DNA of 64,000 nt from Octopus vulgaris (GCA_951406725.2 OX597815.1:21638001-21702000), one strand, 5' to 3'; shown: positions 29,060 to 41,876, counted from the stretch's first letter. Program-made: numbers and translations. Notes: generated by a model from the sequence alone, not told the origin.

Positions 29060-29559
29060 TGAGCATGTAGCTTGAATTTTTTAGGAAGGGGTTAGTCGAC
29101 TCCCCTTGTGCACGAATGATACTATTTTTCATCGGCTTTGAAAAAATGAAAGGCGAAGTCGACCACGGTGGAATTTAAACTGAGGGCTTAAAGACGGACG
29201 AAATGTTATGTATTTTATCTGGAGTGCTAGTGAATCTGCCAGCCCACCGCCTTAGTTAACCTCAATACTGATTTCAATAACAACATTCGCAAAAATACAG
29301 ACAAAAAACATATGCAAACACACATATACAGTTATAAAATATTGTTTTGAAATTTTGGCACAAGGTCAGCAATTTCGGAGGGAGGGGTTAAGTCGATAAT
29401 ATCAGTCATCAGTGCTCAACTGATACTTATTTTATCGATCCCGACAAGATGAAAGGTAAACTCAACATCGGCGGAATTAGAAATCAGAACGCAAAGACGG
29501 ACGAAATGCCGCTAAGCATTTTACCCGTCGTGCTAACGATTCTGCCAGTTCGCCGCCTT
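29060..29559 (-). mobile_element. Two diverged SINE family A variants (29060-29253, 29345-29559)
   Basis: Homology to the family A core. Confidence 0.75.
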
Positions 29560-29744
29560 ATAGTTATAAAATATATTGCAAAAATGTATTTAAGTATATC
29601 TGTAAAAGTCATCGTTTTAAAACACACACGCATACATACATGTCACACACGTAAATGCATTATACATATGAATGTGTATATGTATACAAACATATGCAGA
29701 CATACACATTTCTAATCTATCACTTTCCCTACACTTCTCTCACT

Positions 29745-29850
29745 CTTTCTTCTGGTGAAGGAATAACATCCGAAACGCTAAAACAATTTCTCTTCCTATT
29801 AAAACATTAGACTAATACCTTATTTGTGAAACATCGTACTGTTATGTTCT
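29745..29850 (+). mobile_element. Old Penelope-like pLTR fragment with degenerate hammerhead
   Basis: CTGGTGAA-GGA(ATAACA)TCC-GAAAC-GCTA at 29752-29780; the downstream CTAATAC is shared with the 18933 copy. Confidence 0.5.
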
Positions 29851-30154
29851 ATATGGTGAAGAATAAGATAACAATTACTGCTACAATAACAATTATAATT
29901 TCTTATATTTACAGCCTTTTATAAGACAGGGGAAGATTTTCTGTGACCTTTTCCTCTTCTGAAGGATATTAGTAGCGCATTTTAAGTGAAACGTCTTCAT
30001 GTAAAAATCGAAACTGCATTGTTCATTAATTAAGTTCTGCTTATTGCTTCACAATACTCATTAATAATTCTTTTTATTTTTAGCTCAAGGCTAGTAATCT
30101 TAAGAGGAATTCCATCGCCCCTCCAAATGCTCAAGTGGTATTTATTTTATCGAA

Positions 30155-31103
30155 AGGCGGCGAGCTGGCAGAAACTATAGCACGCCGGACGAAATGCCTA
30201 GCGGTATTTCGTCTGCCGCTACGTTCTGAGTTCAAATTCCGCCGAGGTCGACTTTGCCTTTCATCCTTTCGGGGTCGATTAAATAAGTACCAGTTACGCA
30301 CTGGGGTCGATATAATCGACTTAATCCGTTTGTCTGTCCTTGTTTGTCCCCTCCGTGTTTAGCCCCGGTGTGAGTAGTAAAGAAATAGGTATTTATTTTA
30401 TCGACTCTGAAAGGATGAAAATCAAAGTCGACCTTACTCGCATTTGATCTCAGGATGTAAAGATCCGGAAGAAATATCGCTAAGCATTTTGTTCGGCGCG
30501 GTAACGATTCTGTCAGCTTGTCGCCATGCGATACTTACTAGTAATGGTTTCAAATTTTGGCACAAGGCCAGCAATTTCGGGGGAGGAGATAAATCGATTA
30601 CATCGACCTCAGTGTTCAACTGGTACTTATATTATCAACCACAGAAGGTTGATAGGCAAAGTCGACCTCGGTGGAATTTGAGCTGAGAACGTAAAGACGG
30701 ACGAAATACCTATTTCTTTACTACCCACAAGGGACTAAACACAAAGAGGACAGACAAACGGATTAAGTCGATTATATCGACCCCAGTGCGTAACTGGTAC
30801 TTAATTTATCGACCCCGAAATGATGAAAGGCAAAGTCGACCTCGGCGGAATTTGAACTCACAACGTAACGGCAGACGAAATACCTATTTCTTTACTACTC
30901 ACAAGGGACTAAACACAGAGGGGACAAACAAGGACAGACAAACGGATTAAGTCGATTATATCGACCCCAGTGCGTAACTGGTACTTATTTAATCGACCCC
31001 GAAAGGATGAAAGGCAAAGTCGACCTCGGCCGAATTTGAACTCAGAACGTAACGGCTAAAGCATTTCGCCCGGCGTGCTAACTATTCTACCAGATCGCCG
31101 CCT
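30155..31103. mobile_element. SINE family A cluster: + copy 30155-30390, old - copy 30390-30526, - tandem trimer 30544-31103
   Basis: Repeated family A units in both orientations. Confidence 0.9.
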
Positions 31104-31531
31104 TCAGTACTTACTAATAATAGAAATTATAATGATAAAAAAATAAGAGGAGAAAGTAAAAAAGTGGGAGGAGGGGAAAAGAGATGGACTCATTTATTTT
31201 TATCATTCAATGCGTATAAATATCATATATCTCTCTGCAACAATCGCCAAGCCAATGAAAGTAGTTTATTTCACATTTACCTTTTAATGTCATTATATTC
31301 TATTCCAGACAAACCATTTGCCAACAGACACTATCTTTTTATATATATATATATAATTAATAAATTATGCCTGAAACCAATTGGAGTCGTTTTGTCTTCT
31401 GTAACATTACGTTTATTCCTCCAACATGGATCAGTAATATCCTGGAGTACATCATTCTGCCGTACCCACCTCCCATATTTTTACACACATATTTAGAAAC
31501 ATATTTTCTAAATATGTGTGTAAAAAAATGT

Positions 31532-31870
31532 GAAGGCGCATGGCTTAGTGGTTAGAGCGTCGAGCTTACGATCTTGAGATTGTGAGTTCCAAGATTGTGA
31601 GTTCGAATCCGGGACCGGGCTGCATGTTGTGTTCTTGAGCAAGACACTTTATTTCACGTTGCTCCAGTCTACTCAGCTGTAGAAATGAGTTGCGACGTCA
31701 CTGGTGCTAAGCTGTATCGGCCCCTTTGCCTTTCCCTTGGATAACACTGGTGGCGTGGAGAGGGGAGGCCGGTATGCATGGGCGACTGCTGGTCTTCCAT
31801 AAAAAAACTACCTTGCCCAGACTTGTGCCTGGGAGAGTAGCTCTCTAGGTGCAAGCCCATGGTCAGTCAT
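31532..31870 (+). mobile_element. tRNA-derived SINE, group C
   Basis: A and B boxes, an internal duplication of GATTGTGAGTTC, homologous to 8425-8746. Confidence 0.9.
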
Positions 31871-32159
31871 TCCAAAAGGATAAAAGAACAAATCAGAGTG
31901 TTTGTAAGCAAAGAAAAAAGAAATTCTTAAGACGAATGACTCGCTGCGACACAGTCGTGCGTCGGCTTAAATCCGTTACTTATTGAATACTGTTTCTCTT
32001 GACTGCAAAACATGATCAAGTGTTCAATCAAAATAATCCAATGTATGATTAACATTTACAGTTACTACATTGATTCATGTATCTAACCGGGACTTTAAAA
32101 ACGTTATCTTTTTATCACGATTTTAGGGTTCAGCTGTTTTCGGAAGACTTACATTTTAA

Positions 32160-33329
32160 AAAGGAGCCACGCATGACACTTTTATAGGAGATGATATACT
32201 TGATAGAATTTATTAGTGTTTTCATTCCAAAAGGATAAAAGAACAAATCAGAGTGGTAAAGCTTAAACTCAGATTGTAGAATATCCTAGATTTCTGATAG
32301 GTTTCCAAACTTTGTTTTCAAAATGATCTCTAGAATAGAGTACTGTAATTAAATTCTAACATATTTGCTTTAGTTTTACTCCCATAGATAAAAAAAGGGG
32401 GGGGGAGAATTACTAGCTCTGTAATAGGGTCAATGCACTTGACTATATTTCTTCCCTTCAGATCCCTTCAGATCCTTTCAGGTACAAAGCTTGAACATTT
32501 TTGTTGGAGGGAGCAAGTCAATTTCACAACCCTAGTACTCACCTGGTGCTTATTTCATCGATCCCGAAAGGCAAAGTCAACCTCTACGTGCTAACGCCCC
32601 CTTGTTTCTAATGTAATAATAACTTGTGTTAATTAGAATTTAATATTAAGATGCATGTTATTGTTAGAAACTAGCAAATGCAATTGTCTTATTTTTTATC
32701 ACTTGGCTGGGGGGAAGGAAAAAGAAACCATGGGTCACTGTTGACATCTTGGATCTAAGTGATTTAAGGCAGGCCCTGAGGAAGACCAGGCTAATGTGGT
32801 AGGAGAAAAGCCAGCAATACGATGCTGCGAATAAAGGCGGCGAGCTGGCAGAAACGTTAGCACGCCGGGCGAAATGCGTAGCAGTATTTTGTCTGCCGTT
32901 ACGTTCTGAGTTCAAATTCCGCCGAGGTCGACTTTGCCTTTCATCCTTTCGGGATAGATAAATTAAGTACCAGTTACGCACTGGGGTCGATGTAATCGAC
33001 TTGATCCGTTTGTCTGTCCTTGTTTGTCCATTCTATGTTTAGCCCCTTGTGGGTAATAAAGAAACAAATACGATGCTTGCGAATAGGGAGGTTATGAAGA
33101 AAACGAGGGTAGCCAAATGAGGGTATATAATATGACTGATAAGCTAAACAATACTGTTTATCATTTCGGATCAAGCTATTTTTATGATTACTTGTTGACA
33201 TACTAATTAATTGTTGACGTACTAATTAATAACACTGATGTTCAAGCATATAAATCCTTTTGGAATGAAAGCACTAATAAATTCTCTCAAGTATAGCATC
33301 TCCTGCAAGAGTGTCGTACGTGGCTCCTT
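32160..33329. mobile_element. Non-autonomous DNA transposon with about 75-bp TIRs and TTAA flanks (Kolobok-like), containing SINEs
   Basis: TTAA|AAAGGAGCCACGCATGACAC...TTCATTCCAAAAGGA versus TCCTTTTGGAATGAAA...GTGTCGTACGTGGCTCCTT|TTAA. Confidence 0.6.
32834..33063 (+). mobile_element. SINE family A with TSD
   Basis: AATACGATGCT(T)GCGAATA on both sides. Confidence 0.92.
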
Positions 33330-33750
33330 TTAAAAATATAATATATAACTGGTTCTTAGTTCAAGTGATAGCATTAAAAACACAAAACTAGTAAACTAGA
33401 CTCTTCTGTAATCCTAACTGTAACGAAATCCTTGAGATTTTATTACCAGCGTTTATTTATCTTATAGTAGCCACAAACAGCGCAATAAAACCATCAACAA
33501 AAAAGAAAAAGAAGCCCATATAAGAATAGAAAAGTGACTTATGTATTTTGAAGTAGGAAAATGCTAAATAAATCAAATGAATGCTATTAACGTAGCAAGA
33601 GGGGTTTTGTTTCAAATGTTTTATTTTGAAGAGAAGTAAATAAAATGTATCTTTAAGGAAAACGGTAATATAACAATCAGTGAGAAAGGTTGTCCTAGTT
33701 TCAAGACAATTAAACAAGATGGGAAATAAAGCCCCGGATGAAGAAAGAGT

Positions 33751-33799
<49 letters not shown>

Positions 33800-33891
33800 A
33801 AAAAGAGAAAGAAATAACGTTAAAGATAGACAGACAAACAGATAAATAGATAGATCGATAGATTGACAGATAGATAGAGAAAGAGAGGGAC

Positions 33892-33926
<35 letters not shown>

Positions 33927-34087
33927 AAGAGTGAGAGAAAGAAAAAGAAAGAGAAAGAAATAACGTTAAAGATAGACAGACAAACAGATAAATAGATAGA
34001 TCGATAGATTGACAGATAGATAGAGAGAGAGGGAGAGAGAGAGAAAGGGAGATAGGAATAGAGGGGATAGAAGGGAAAGAAAGCTAT

Positions 34088-35338
34088 TGTAGCAATATCG
34101 TCTCTCATTGCTATCTTCACTGTTTGAGAAGAGTATTAACAATAATCTCGTTCGAGATTACAAACATCTTCGGCTAGTTTAACATTGTTGTAAACACTAA
34201 TCCGATTGGCTGACACGTGGTCTCTACTACGTTCGCACCGCTGGTTGTCACGTGACGCGATTTGCCTCCGCTTATTTTCGCGCCATTGTTCCAAGCAGCC
34301 AATCACAGCTTTCCATTTCTGAAGTTCGTTTTGAGCCACATAAACCTTATATAAAGAAGGGTTCTCAGACAAATATTCGACTTTGGTTTCTCAGGGCGAA
34401 CCTCTGACCACAGAGTTCGTCTTAGGTTTCTAGTTCTTCTCAGGACTAACCTCTGACCACAGAGCTCGTCTTAGGTTACAGTCCTTTTCAGGGCGGACCT
34501 CTGACCACACAGAGCATACCAACTATGTTCCGGTTCAAAAGGCAGGCGATCACCAAGCATAACTATCCACGAAGATTTAGCTTGTATACAAGATGTTACA
34601 GATTCCTCTCATACTGTTAGTGTGAAAATGTCACCACGAAAAGAACGGTTACAGGATATCTATAACTAGAGAAAAATAACCAAGCAGAATATATAATGAA
34701 GACGCAGCAAAAACCAAGCGACAGACACAACTCATCGCCAAACATCGTCTCTATCTACTAAGGTTTAATTTGTATACAAGACAACTACAGATTCAACTAT
34801 AGCGGTTAGGTGAAAATTTCACCACGGGGAAAACGGCTACAGTTAACACATCTGGAAGTATATTCATATCAAGAGAAAGATAAACACAAGTGATTCAATT
34901 AATCTCAACTACGAGACGCAACATCTTGATATGGAACTCTTACTCTCCGTGTACCTCATAAACGGTAAATCAATTATCTGTCTTGAGTCCTAGTTCTTCT
35001 AAGAACTACCTTAAGCCATCTGCTACTACCTGTTGCTAGGCTGATACCAACAACATGAACTGTGAACCAAATTCCATTGTTATTTCTCTGGTCAGTACCT
35101 TTTATGCCTCACGAACACACAGACACAAAAACATGCTAACACTTACAAACTTCCAACCAACATGATTGTAAAATATGTAAAATAAATAATGTATATATCT
35201 CAAAAAGAAATCTTGTCATTCCACTTGTGTTCTATTGCCGCTGTATGTATTATCTGGTCTGTAATATTTCATTAAGAATATGACCACGTGCGACCGTGTC
35301 TCTTACACGATACGACCGCATGTGATTATATTTTTATA
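34088..35338 (+). mobile_element. Solo LTR, about 1.25 kb, Gypsy-like
   Basis: TGTA...TATA termini and 4-bp TSD CTAT (34084-34087, 35339-35342). Internal CCAAT, CACGTG and TATA motifs, AATAAA at about 35181, and a 49-bp unit repeated about 3 times at 34389-34510. Confidence 0.7.
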
Positions 35339-35724
35339 CTATAAAAGGGGAGAGAAAGAGAGGGGAAGAGAGGGGAGGGAGAAGAAGGGTTATGAAAAGG
35401 AAGGGAGCAAAGAGAAAAGGAAACCGAAGGAAGATTAATTAAAAGAAATATTAAGGCCACAGATAATGACAAAGAAGATAAATTGAAAGAGGGAAATACA
35501 ACTAATAGTAAAATTTATTTTTGTCAAAAAGAAATGTGATACTTCTTCATTTGCATGTCCCCCCAGTATTTATCCTGCCAGAGGGGATGTTTGCCAGAGG
35601 GGATGTTTGCCAGGTCAAAAAGTGAAAGTGTCTTCTTTGCTAAAAAGTGGTTTTGCTGGGCAAAAACTGAAAGTGTTTTTATGAGTTATTATTATAATGC
35701 TAGGTACGTCATACGACCCACTAA

Positions 35725-35900
35725 TCTATATATATAAAACGGAGAATGTATGTGTGTGTGTGTGTGTCTGTCTGTCTGTATGGGTGCATCACTAAAACTC
35801 GAGAACTACCCAACGGATTTCATTCAAATTTTACACATTCCTTACTTAGGGTCCATTTAGCATCATGGGCCCCCAAAATGTTCAACTTCTTGCCTAATGG
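35725..35900 (+). mobile_element. Helitron-like 5' fragment, possibly in tandem behind another Helitron 3' end
   Basis: A|TCTATATATATAAAA followed by (TG)n/(TCTG)n; preceded by GGTACGTCATACGACCCACTAA. Confidence 0.55.
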
Positions 35901-36132
35901 TTTCAATTTTAATTACTTTCATTATGTATCTATATATATATTACTTTCATTTCCATTACATTCAATATGTATTATGTACATGCATGTATATATATACATA
36001 TATACATGTTTGAATGTATGTATGTATGTATGTATGTATGTATGTATGTATGTATGTATGTATGTATGTATGTATGTGTGAATGTATATATATGTATGTA
36101 TATATGTATGTATATATGTATATATATATATA

Positions 36133-36785
36133 CGGTCACTTTCGAGTGCTACTGGTAACATGTAACCCAGTACAACCTGTTGCATGGTCGGGCCGCCGGC
36201 AACTAAACTGGCAACCCCGCCAAACTTGCTTGGTGAGGAGGGTGTTTATTGGACACCCTGCGGGATGAAAAACAAAACCCGTCAACGGCCATCCCATATG
36301 TGTGTAATTATGTATTTACTGTATATTCCCACTTTTCTCACTAATTTTATATAGTGTATATTTGTTTTTATATATATTTATATATATTTTTATATATTCC
36401 ATATCATATATTTTATGTCTATATTGTATATCAATATTTTTTATATATAGTACGTGTTTTTTTTATATCTATTTTATCCAGCTTATGGCTATAGCTTGCG
36501 CGGGGACATAGAAATAATGGGACTGAATTCTCGATCGCATGGTTAAACCATCGGGAGTGAAAGACCCCTAGCCCTTGTTGGGGCATCCTTCTAGGAGAAA
36601 GCAACTCAGGTAGCTGGGATAACTCCGACATAAAAACTGCGGCTCAGTGGTTACCGATGATGTTGACTTGTTCTTCTTTTCGGGTTATGGCTGCTGTTGC
36701 TTAGTGAGAGGGATTGACTCAGTGCACAGCCTTTCCTCACTTAAAAAAAAATCTTCTTGCACAGGCACTGCACGATAACAACATT
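36133..36785 (+). mobile_element. Probable RTE-clade LINE 5' UTR fragments (36133-36295, 36510-36785)
   Basis: GC-rich blocks with GGGGCATCCTTCTAGGAGAAAGCAACTC, resembling RTE 5' UTR motifs from recall; not verified. Confidence 0.4.
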
Positions 36786-37039
36786 GATTGATTGATTAAT
36801 TAATTAACTAATTGATGATTGTTGACAGTACTGCGAGTCTCAACTGAATGGCTGGCAGTAGCCTTAATAAAGTAAACAATCAATGATGTACGAAAACAGT
36901 ATAAAAGTAAATGACAGTAAGGACTCTGGAACCACATCAGATGAAAGAGTCTGGCCCAGCAGGGGCCCCAGAACATCACAGTCTGAACCCAGCCGTCATT
37001 GTGGTACTGTGATAGAACCTAGAGCAGTGGAAGAATGTT

Positions 37040-37260
37040 ATTTCCTCAGACGAGTCATCCTTTACCTTATTTCCGACTGAAGAAGGGGAATATTCCTTGT
37101 GTTGTATGTCTTGTACTCTGTTTTTTCGTTGTTTGAAAAAAAAGTTCGTTTCCATGGTTTTGTTTTTATGTTTTCGTTTCTCATTGAGCTCAACGTTTTT
37201 TTGATGTCCTGTACCCATATATGCATGTATATATACATATAGATGTAGGTATGTACATAT
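37040..37260 (+). mobile_element. Penelope-like pLTR fragment, same family as 56095-56380
   Basis: CCTTTACCTT...CTGAAGAAGGGGAA...GTATGTCTTGTAC...TTTATGTTTTCGTTTCTCATTG is shared with the 56 kb copy. Confidence 0.55.
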
Positions 37261-37344
37261 ATGTATGTATATATGCATATATTTATATATTATTTATTTT
37301 ATTATATGATCAACGCCACGTACCCTTTTCCAAATAAGTTTTAT

Positions 37345-37392
<48 letters not shown>

Positions 37393-37394
37393 AT

Positions 37395-37472
<78 letters not shown>

Positions 37473-37489
37473 ACACACACACATATATA

Positions 37490-37659
37490 TATGGCTGTGT
37501 GGTAAGAAGCTTGCTTCGCAACCACTTGGTTCCCGATTCAGTCCCACTGCGTGGCACCTTGGGCAAATGTCTTCTATTATAGCTTCAGTCCAACCAGAGC
37601 CTTATGAATGGACTTGGTAGACGGAAACTGAAAGAAGCCCATTGCATATATGTGTGTGT

Positions 37660-37704
<45 letters not shown>

Positions 37705-37810
37705 TGTCTGTCTGTCCGTCTGTTGGTGTGTTTATGTCTCCGTAACTTAGTGTAAACTGGTTGCGTCAAATCACTGAAACAAGTAAAAGAATAAAAGAAT
37801 ATAAAAGAAT
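37490..37810 (+). mobile_element. Diverged SINE family B
   Basis: Homology to family B. Confidence 0.8.
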
Positions 37811-37821
37811 GTGTATGTATG

Positions 37822-38042
37822 AGGCCATTACTCTTCATAATAACACTCTTGGACATGCCTACGGTCAGTTGGACAGCCACTGTCACTAGCTATGCTGATA
37901 ATACAAAATTATCACAGGCAATAAAAAACCAAGCACACATCGCAAGTGGGACATGAATTCAATATACGAGTGTGTCGAAATTTAATGCACTGCACTATCA
38001 ACTCACGAATGCACTACAGCCTGCATATACAGGACCCAAAGG
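37822..38042 (+). pseudogene. CR1-like reverse transcriptase fragment
   Basis: RPLLFIITLLDMPTVSWTATVTSYADNTKLSQAI corresponds to the GPLLF...YADDTKL region. Confidence 0.75.
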
Positions 38043-38153
38043 CTGTCTGTTTTCCGTTTCTTTGTTCATTATAATACGTGTTTTGACTTCTGGAAACATT
38101 ATTCACGTAACGCAACGCACTCCTTATTTTTTCACCTATTTTTATTCCCCACC

Positions 38154-38221
<68 letters not shown>

Positions 38222-38223
<2 letters not shown>

Positions 38224-38458
38224 GGAGTAAACACATAAATGTGAAACAAGGTGGAAAAAAGAGTACTCGATTATACCAGAGGTAGAGTAATATGCTTTAT
38301 TTAAAAGCAGCAGAAATTTAACAAAAGCTGTCACTCGGAGTTTCACGTTCTCGTTCGTCGGACAGTTTTGTTAAAAAAAAAAAGGTCCGACGAACGGGAA
38401 CGTGAAACTCCGAGTAACAGGTTTTGTTAAATTTCTGCTGCTTTTAAATAAAGTATAT
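38222..38458. mobile_element. Fold-back Penelope-like insert with a minimal hammerhead in each arm
   Basis: About 74-bp inverted arms at 38290-38363 and 38385-38458; CCGACGA-ACG(GGAA)CGT-GAAA-CTCCGAG-TA. Confidence 0.8.
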
Positions 38459-38465
38459 ATTTATA

Positions 38466-38596
38466 CACGGTGTCCCCAAAAAATGTATACACACCTTAAA
38501 TAATTGTAAATTTGTTATTCTTTGTAAGCCTAGTACTTATTCTATCGTTCTCTTTTGCCGAACCACTATGTGTATACATTTTTTTGGGACACCCTG
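38466..38596. mobile_element. Tc1/mariner-type MITE with TA TSD and an internal SINE B fragment
   Basis: TA|CACGGTGTCCCCAAAAAATGTATACACA ... TGTGTATACATTTTTTTGGGACACCCTG|TA. Confidence 0.85.
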
Positions 38597-40099
38597 TATA
38601 TATATATATGTATGTGTGTGTATGAACAAAGGATAAAATATATTTTCAAAACTTAAATTGTAAATAACAAAAGGGTCATAGTATTGATTTCCTTGACACG
38701 ATGCATGCCAATTGTTCGTAGAAAAGAAATGAGTTGATTGGATTGATTACAGTTTATATTATTTTTATTGACCTCGAATAGATGAAAGAGAAACTCAACT
38801 GAGTCAACATTTTTGATTGAGACTAGCACGGCCTTTGAGGTAAATTATCTAGTTCACCATTTTACTGATAGAGTTACAATGTGCTGAATATAAACACAAT
38901 GCCTTTTGGTAGACAGGCTCACATTTGTGTAGAGAGTATAAGTTATTGAATCATTCCCGGTGAGTTTCTGGCGCGTATTATCTCGATCCAGTTATACTGA
39001 AGGGCAAAGTCGATCCGAGCAGGATTTAAACCTTGTATGTTTAGTGGTAAATGTAATTACTGAAAGTCATTTAGTCCAGTGTTCTACCAGCCATTGGTTT
39101 AAAAAAATTTTTTTAATAAATTACCTTCATAACTGAGCCAGTGTCGGTTTTGATCCCACTGCGTAGCACAGACATAACCTCGAGTTAATTTAAGCGTTGT
39201 CAGTGAAAATTAGTTGATGGAAACTGCGTGGAAGCCTGCCTAAAAGATAGATCTTGTTCTTGAGAAGTGGATTTAGTCCGACGTCCAGTTTAACGCAACT
39301 ACTCGTACTACCTAGCCCATGACTACTTTTAGAAGAGTATACTATATTGAAACCATTTGAGCCTGTCTCCGAGACTTTGAATGACAAGCGCTGATTAAGC
39401 GATAAACTATTTCGACTATTCACTTCTTTTAGAACATAAACTGTTAAAGAAGAAAGCATTTACAAACAGTAATAATGATAGTATGAATCAGTTGAAGACA
39501 TATCGCAGAAAGGCAATAGCAGTCATTATAGTATTTATTCTAAAATAACTGCAATTATACTTGGTAAATACATTCATTCAGCTTCAAATAAAACGGTGTA
39601 CACACAGCCAATAAGATTATTTTCATTCGAATGCAGAGCTATTCTATTCTTCATAACAATTATTTAATTTCACGGTCTCTGAAAACCAGTAAGCAATATA
39701 CAAAACTATGTATCGAATAAAATATCAATAAAAATTAGTTTGTGTATTAAAAGCTGCTTACCAAAAGTAAAAAGTACAATGAAAATAATAGAAGAAAATA
39801 TTTCTGCCCATTTGCAGCGACAAAATTTTTTTTCCATTAAATTACAGGGAGATATAAGCAAATAAATTAGTCCATTGGTGATGGGCACAGCAAACTAGTT
39901 TAGATATGAGTATTTATGAGAACAGTTCAGTTATTTGAGCGCTAAATCTTTTGAAAGACGCTCACCCACATTGAGCTTAAATACCAATGTACATTTATAT
40001 ATTTACTCAAACTGCTAAACAAAAAGAGACATTAAAGACGACTATCAAAATTTTAGAAATCGTCTTTATAAAGTTATGTCTTCTCTGAAAATATATTAA

Positions 40100-40500
40100 A
40101 GGCGCAGGAGTGGCTGTGTGGTAAGTAGCTTGCTTACCAACCACATGGTTCTGGGTTCAGTCCCACTGCGTGGCATCTTGAGCAAGTGTCTTCTACTATA
40201 GCCGACCAAAGCCTTGTGAGTGGATTTGGTAGACGGAAACCGAAAGAAGCCCGTCGTATATATGTATATATATATATATGCGTGTGTGTGTGTTTGTGTG
40301 TCTGTGTTCGTCTCCCTAGCATTGTTTGACAACCAGTGCTGGTGTTTTTATGTCCCCGTAACTTAACGGTTCGGCAAAAAGAGACCGATAGAATAAGTAC
40401 TAGGCCTACAACGAATAAGTCCCGGGGTCGATTTGCTCGACTAAAGGTGGTGCTCCAGCATGGCCGCAGACAAATGACTGAAACAAGTAAAAGAGAGAGT
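40100..40500 (+). mobile_element. SINE family B
   Basis: Homology to family B. Confidence 0.92.
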
Positions 40501-41076
40501 GTGCAGTCAGGGTAAAAGTAAGTCTTGTCAAAAGATTGCAGAAACCAAGTTTAAAATGGGTATTTTGTAATGATTCTGTTAGAATTCTGGTGTCAGTCTG
40601 ATGTCAGTCTTGAATAGCTTCAGATCAGTATTCCATAGGAAAACATAGACAAGGATGGAGCTGGTGATCTTTTCCTTTTTGCAGCATAAAACACGATATT
40701 TTGAAAAGTTCTACAAAAATATAGTTTCGCATGCTATTTACGATAATGATATTCAGTTTTTGAAGAAATTAATTATATAAAAAAAAAAAGATTACGTACT
40801 TTTAAAGATTGAAATAGCAGCAGAAAACATGTCGATCAGGGTCAGTTCGGCACAACACAAAATTAACAGCGTCAACTTACAGTCCACACGCCGAGCTACA
40901 TAACAACGTGTATCATATAATCTTGCACCATACTTCTAGAGATATTTGTTTATACAAAGAATATATCTTCATTCATAAACATAAATTGGAGTGCCACTCT
41001 AAATGCTCTGGCGGTCAAAAATTATTCCTGATCTCTGTTTTCCATCATACAGAAAAATGCTAAGGTGTTGATACCT

Positions 41077-41308
41077 ATTTCTTCACTACCCACAAAGGAC
41101 TAAACACAGAGAGGACAAACAAGGACAGACAAACGGATTAAGTCGATTACATCGACCCCAGTGCGTGAGTGGTACTTATTTAATCGACCCCGAAAGGATG
41201 AAAGGCAAAGTCGACCTTGGCGGAATTTGAACTCAGAACGTAATGGCCGACGAAATACCGCTGAACATTTCCCTCGGCGTGCTAACGTTTCTGCCAGCTC
41301 ACCGCCTT
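41077..41308 (-). mobile_element. SINE family A with TSD
   Basis: AGGTGTTGATACCT on both sides. Confidence 0.92.
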
Positions 41309-41389
41309 GTGAGGTGTTGATACCTGTTCAATCCTTAACAATGCTGTTAGACCAAGACAATCTTTGCTTGCACTTTTCTTCAGCTCTCC

Positions 41390-41760
41390 TGCAGATGTGT
41401 TTTGAAAAATGGCGTTTGGATAGCGAGTCCTCGAATACCTGGATTCTACAGTCTGTGTCAACCTTTAGTAATTGGAGAGAAAGAACCAAGTTATCAGGGA
41501 CTTGTACAGTTTAAGTCCCGAGGAAAAAATAATGGAACTGCTTTTTCACATGACATTCAGCTTCGTTATGGCGGATAGGGCTAGGCCATACCTTGTATGT
41601 AACACCTTTATTCAGCTGTCATTAATGTTCAAAGTGGATCCGAGGCAACTAAGTTGGCCTCTTCAAATTTTTGTCCATTTACCATGATGTAGTTTGCTGC
41701 ATTCTTGATGTATCTATTTATAAGAACCTTGTTTTTTTTTCTGACTGGACCTCAATTCCG
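41390..41760 (-). pseudogene. RTE-clade reverse transcriptase C-terminal remnant
   Basis: MVNGQKFEEAN / SCLGSTL...LALSAITKLNVM*KSSSIIFSSGLKLYKSLI resembles the RTE pattern NGQKLEEV..FKYLGS...AMTRL..IWKS..IS...KLYKSLV. Confidence 0.75.
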
Positions 41761-41876
41761 TACGCCCTCGACAGTCTTTCTAGTCTAGTGGTGAGTCTTC
41801 ATCGCATTATTTACCAGTAAAATACACATCATACAGTTTAAACGAATGACTTTTAAGTATATGCTTTAATATTTTT

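Noticed and set aside
31532-31620. tRNA-like sequences (also near 8680-8746, 41877 and 53800)
   Set aside because: These are SINE heads continuing into SINE bodies, with no complete cloverleaf or acceptor stem.
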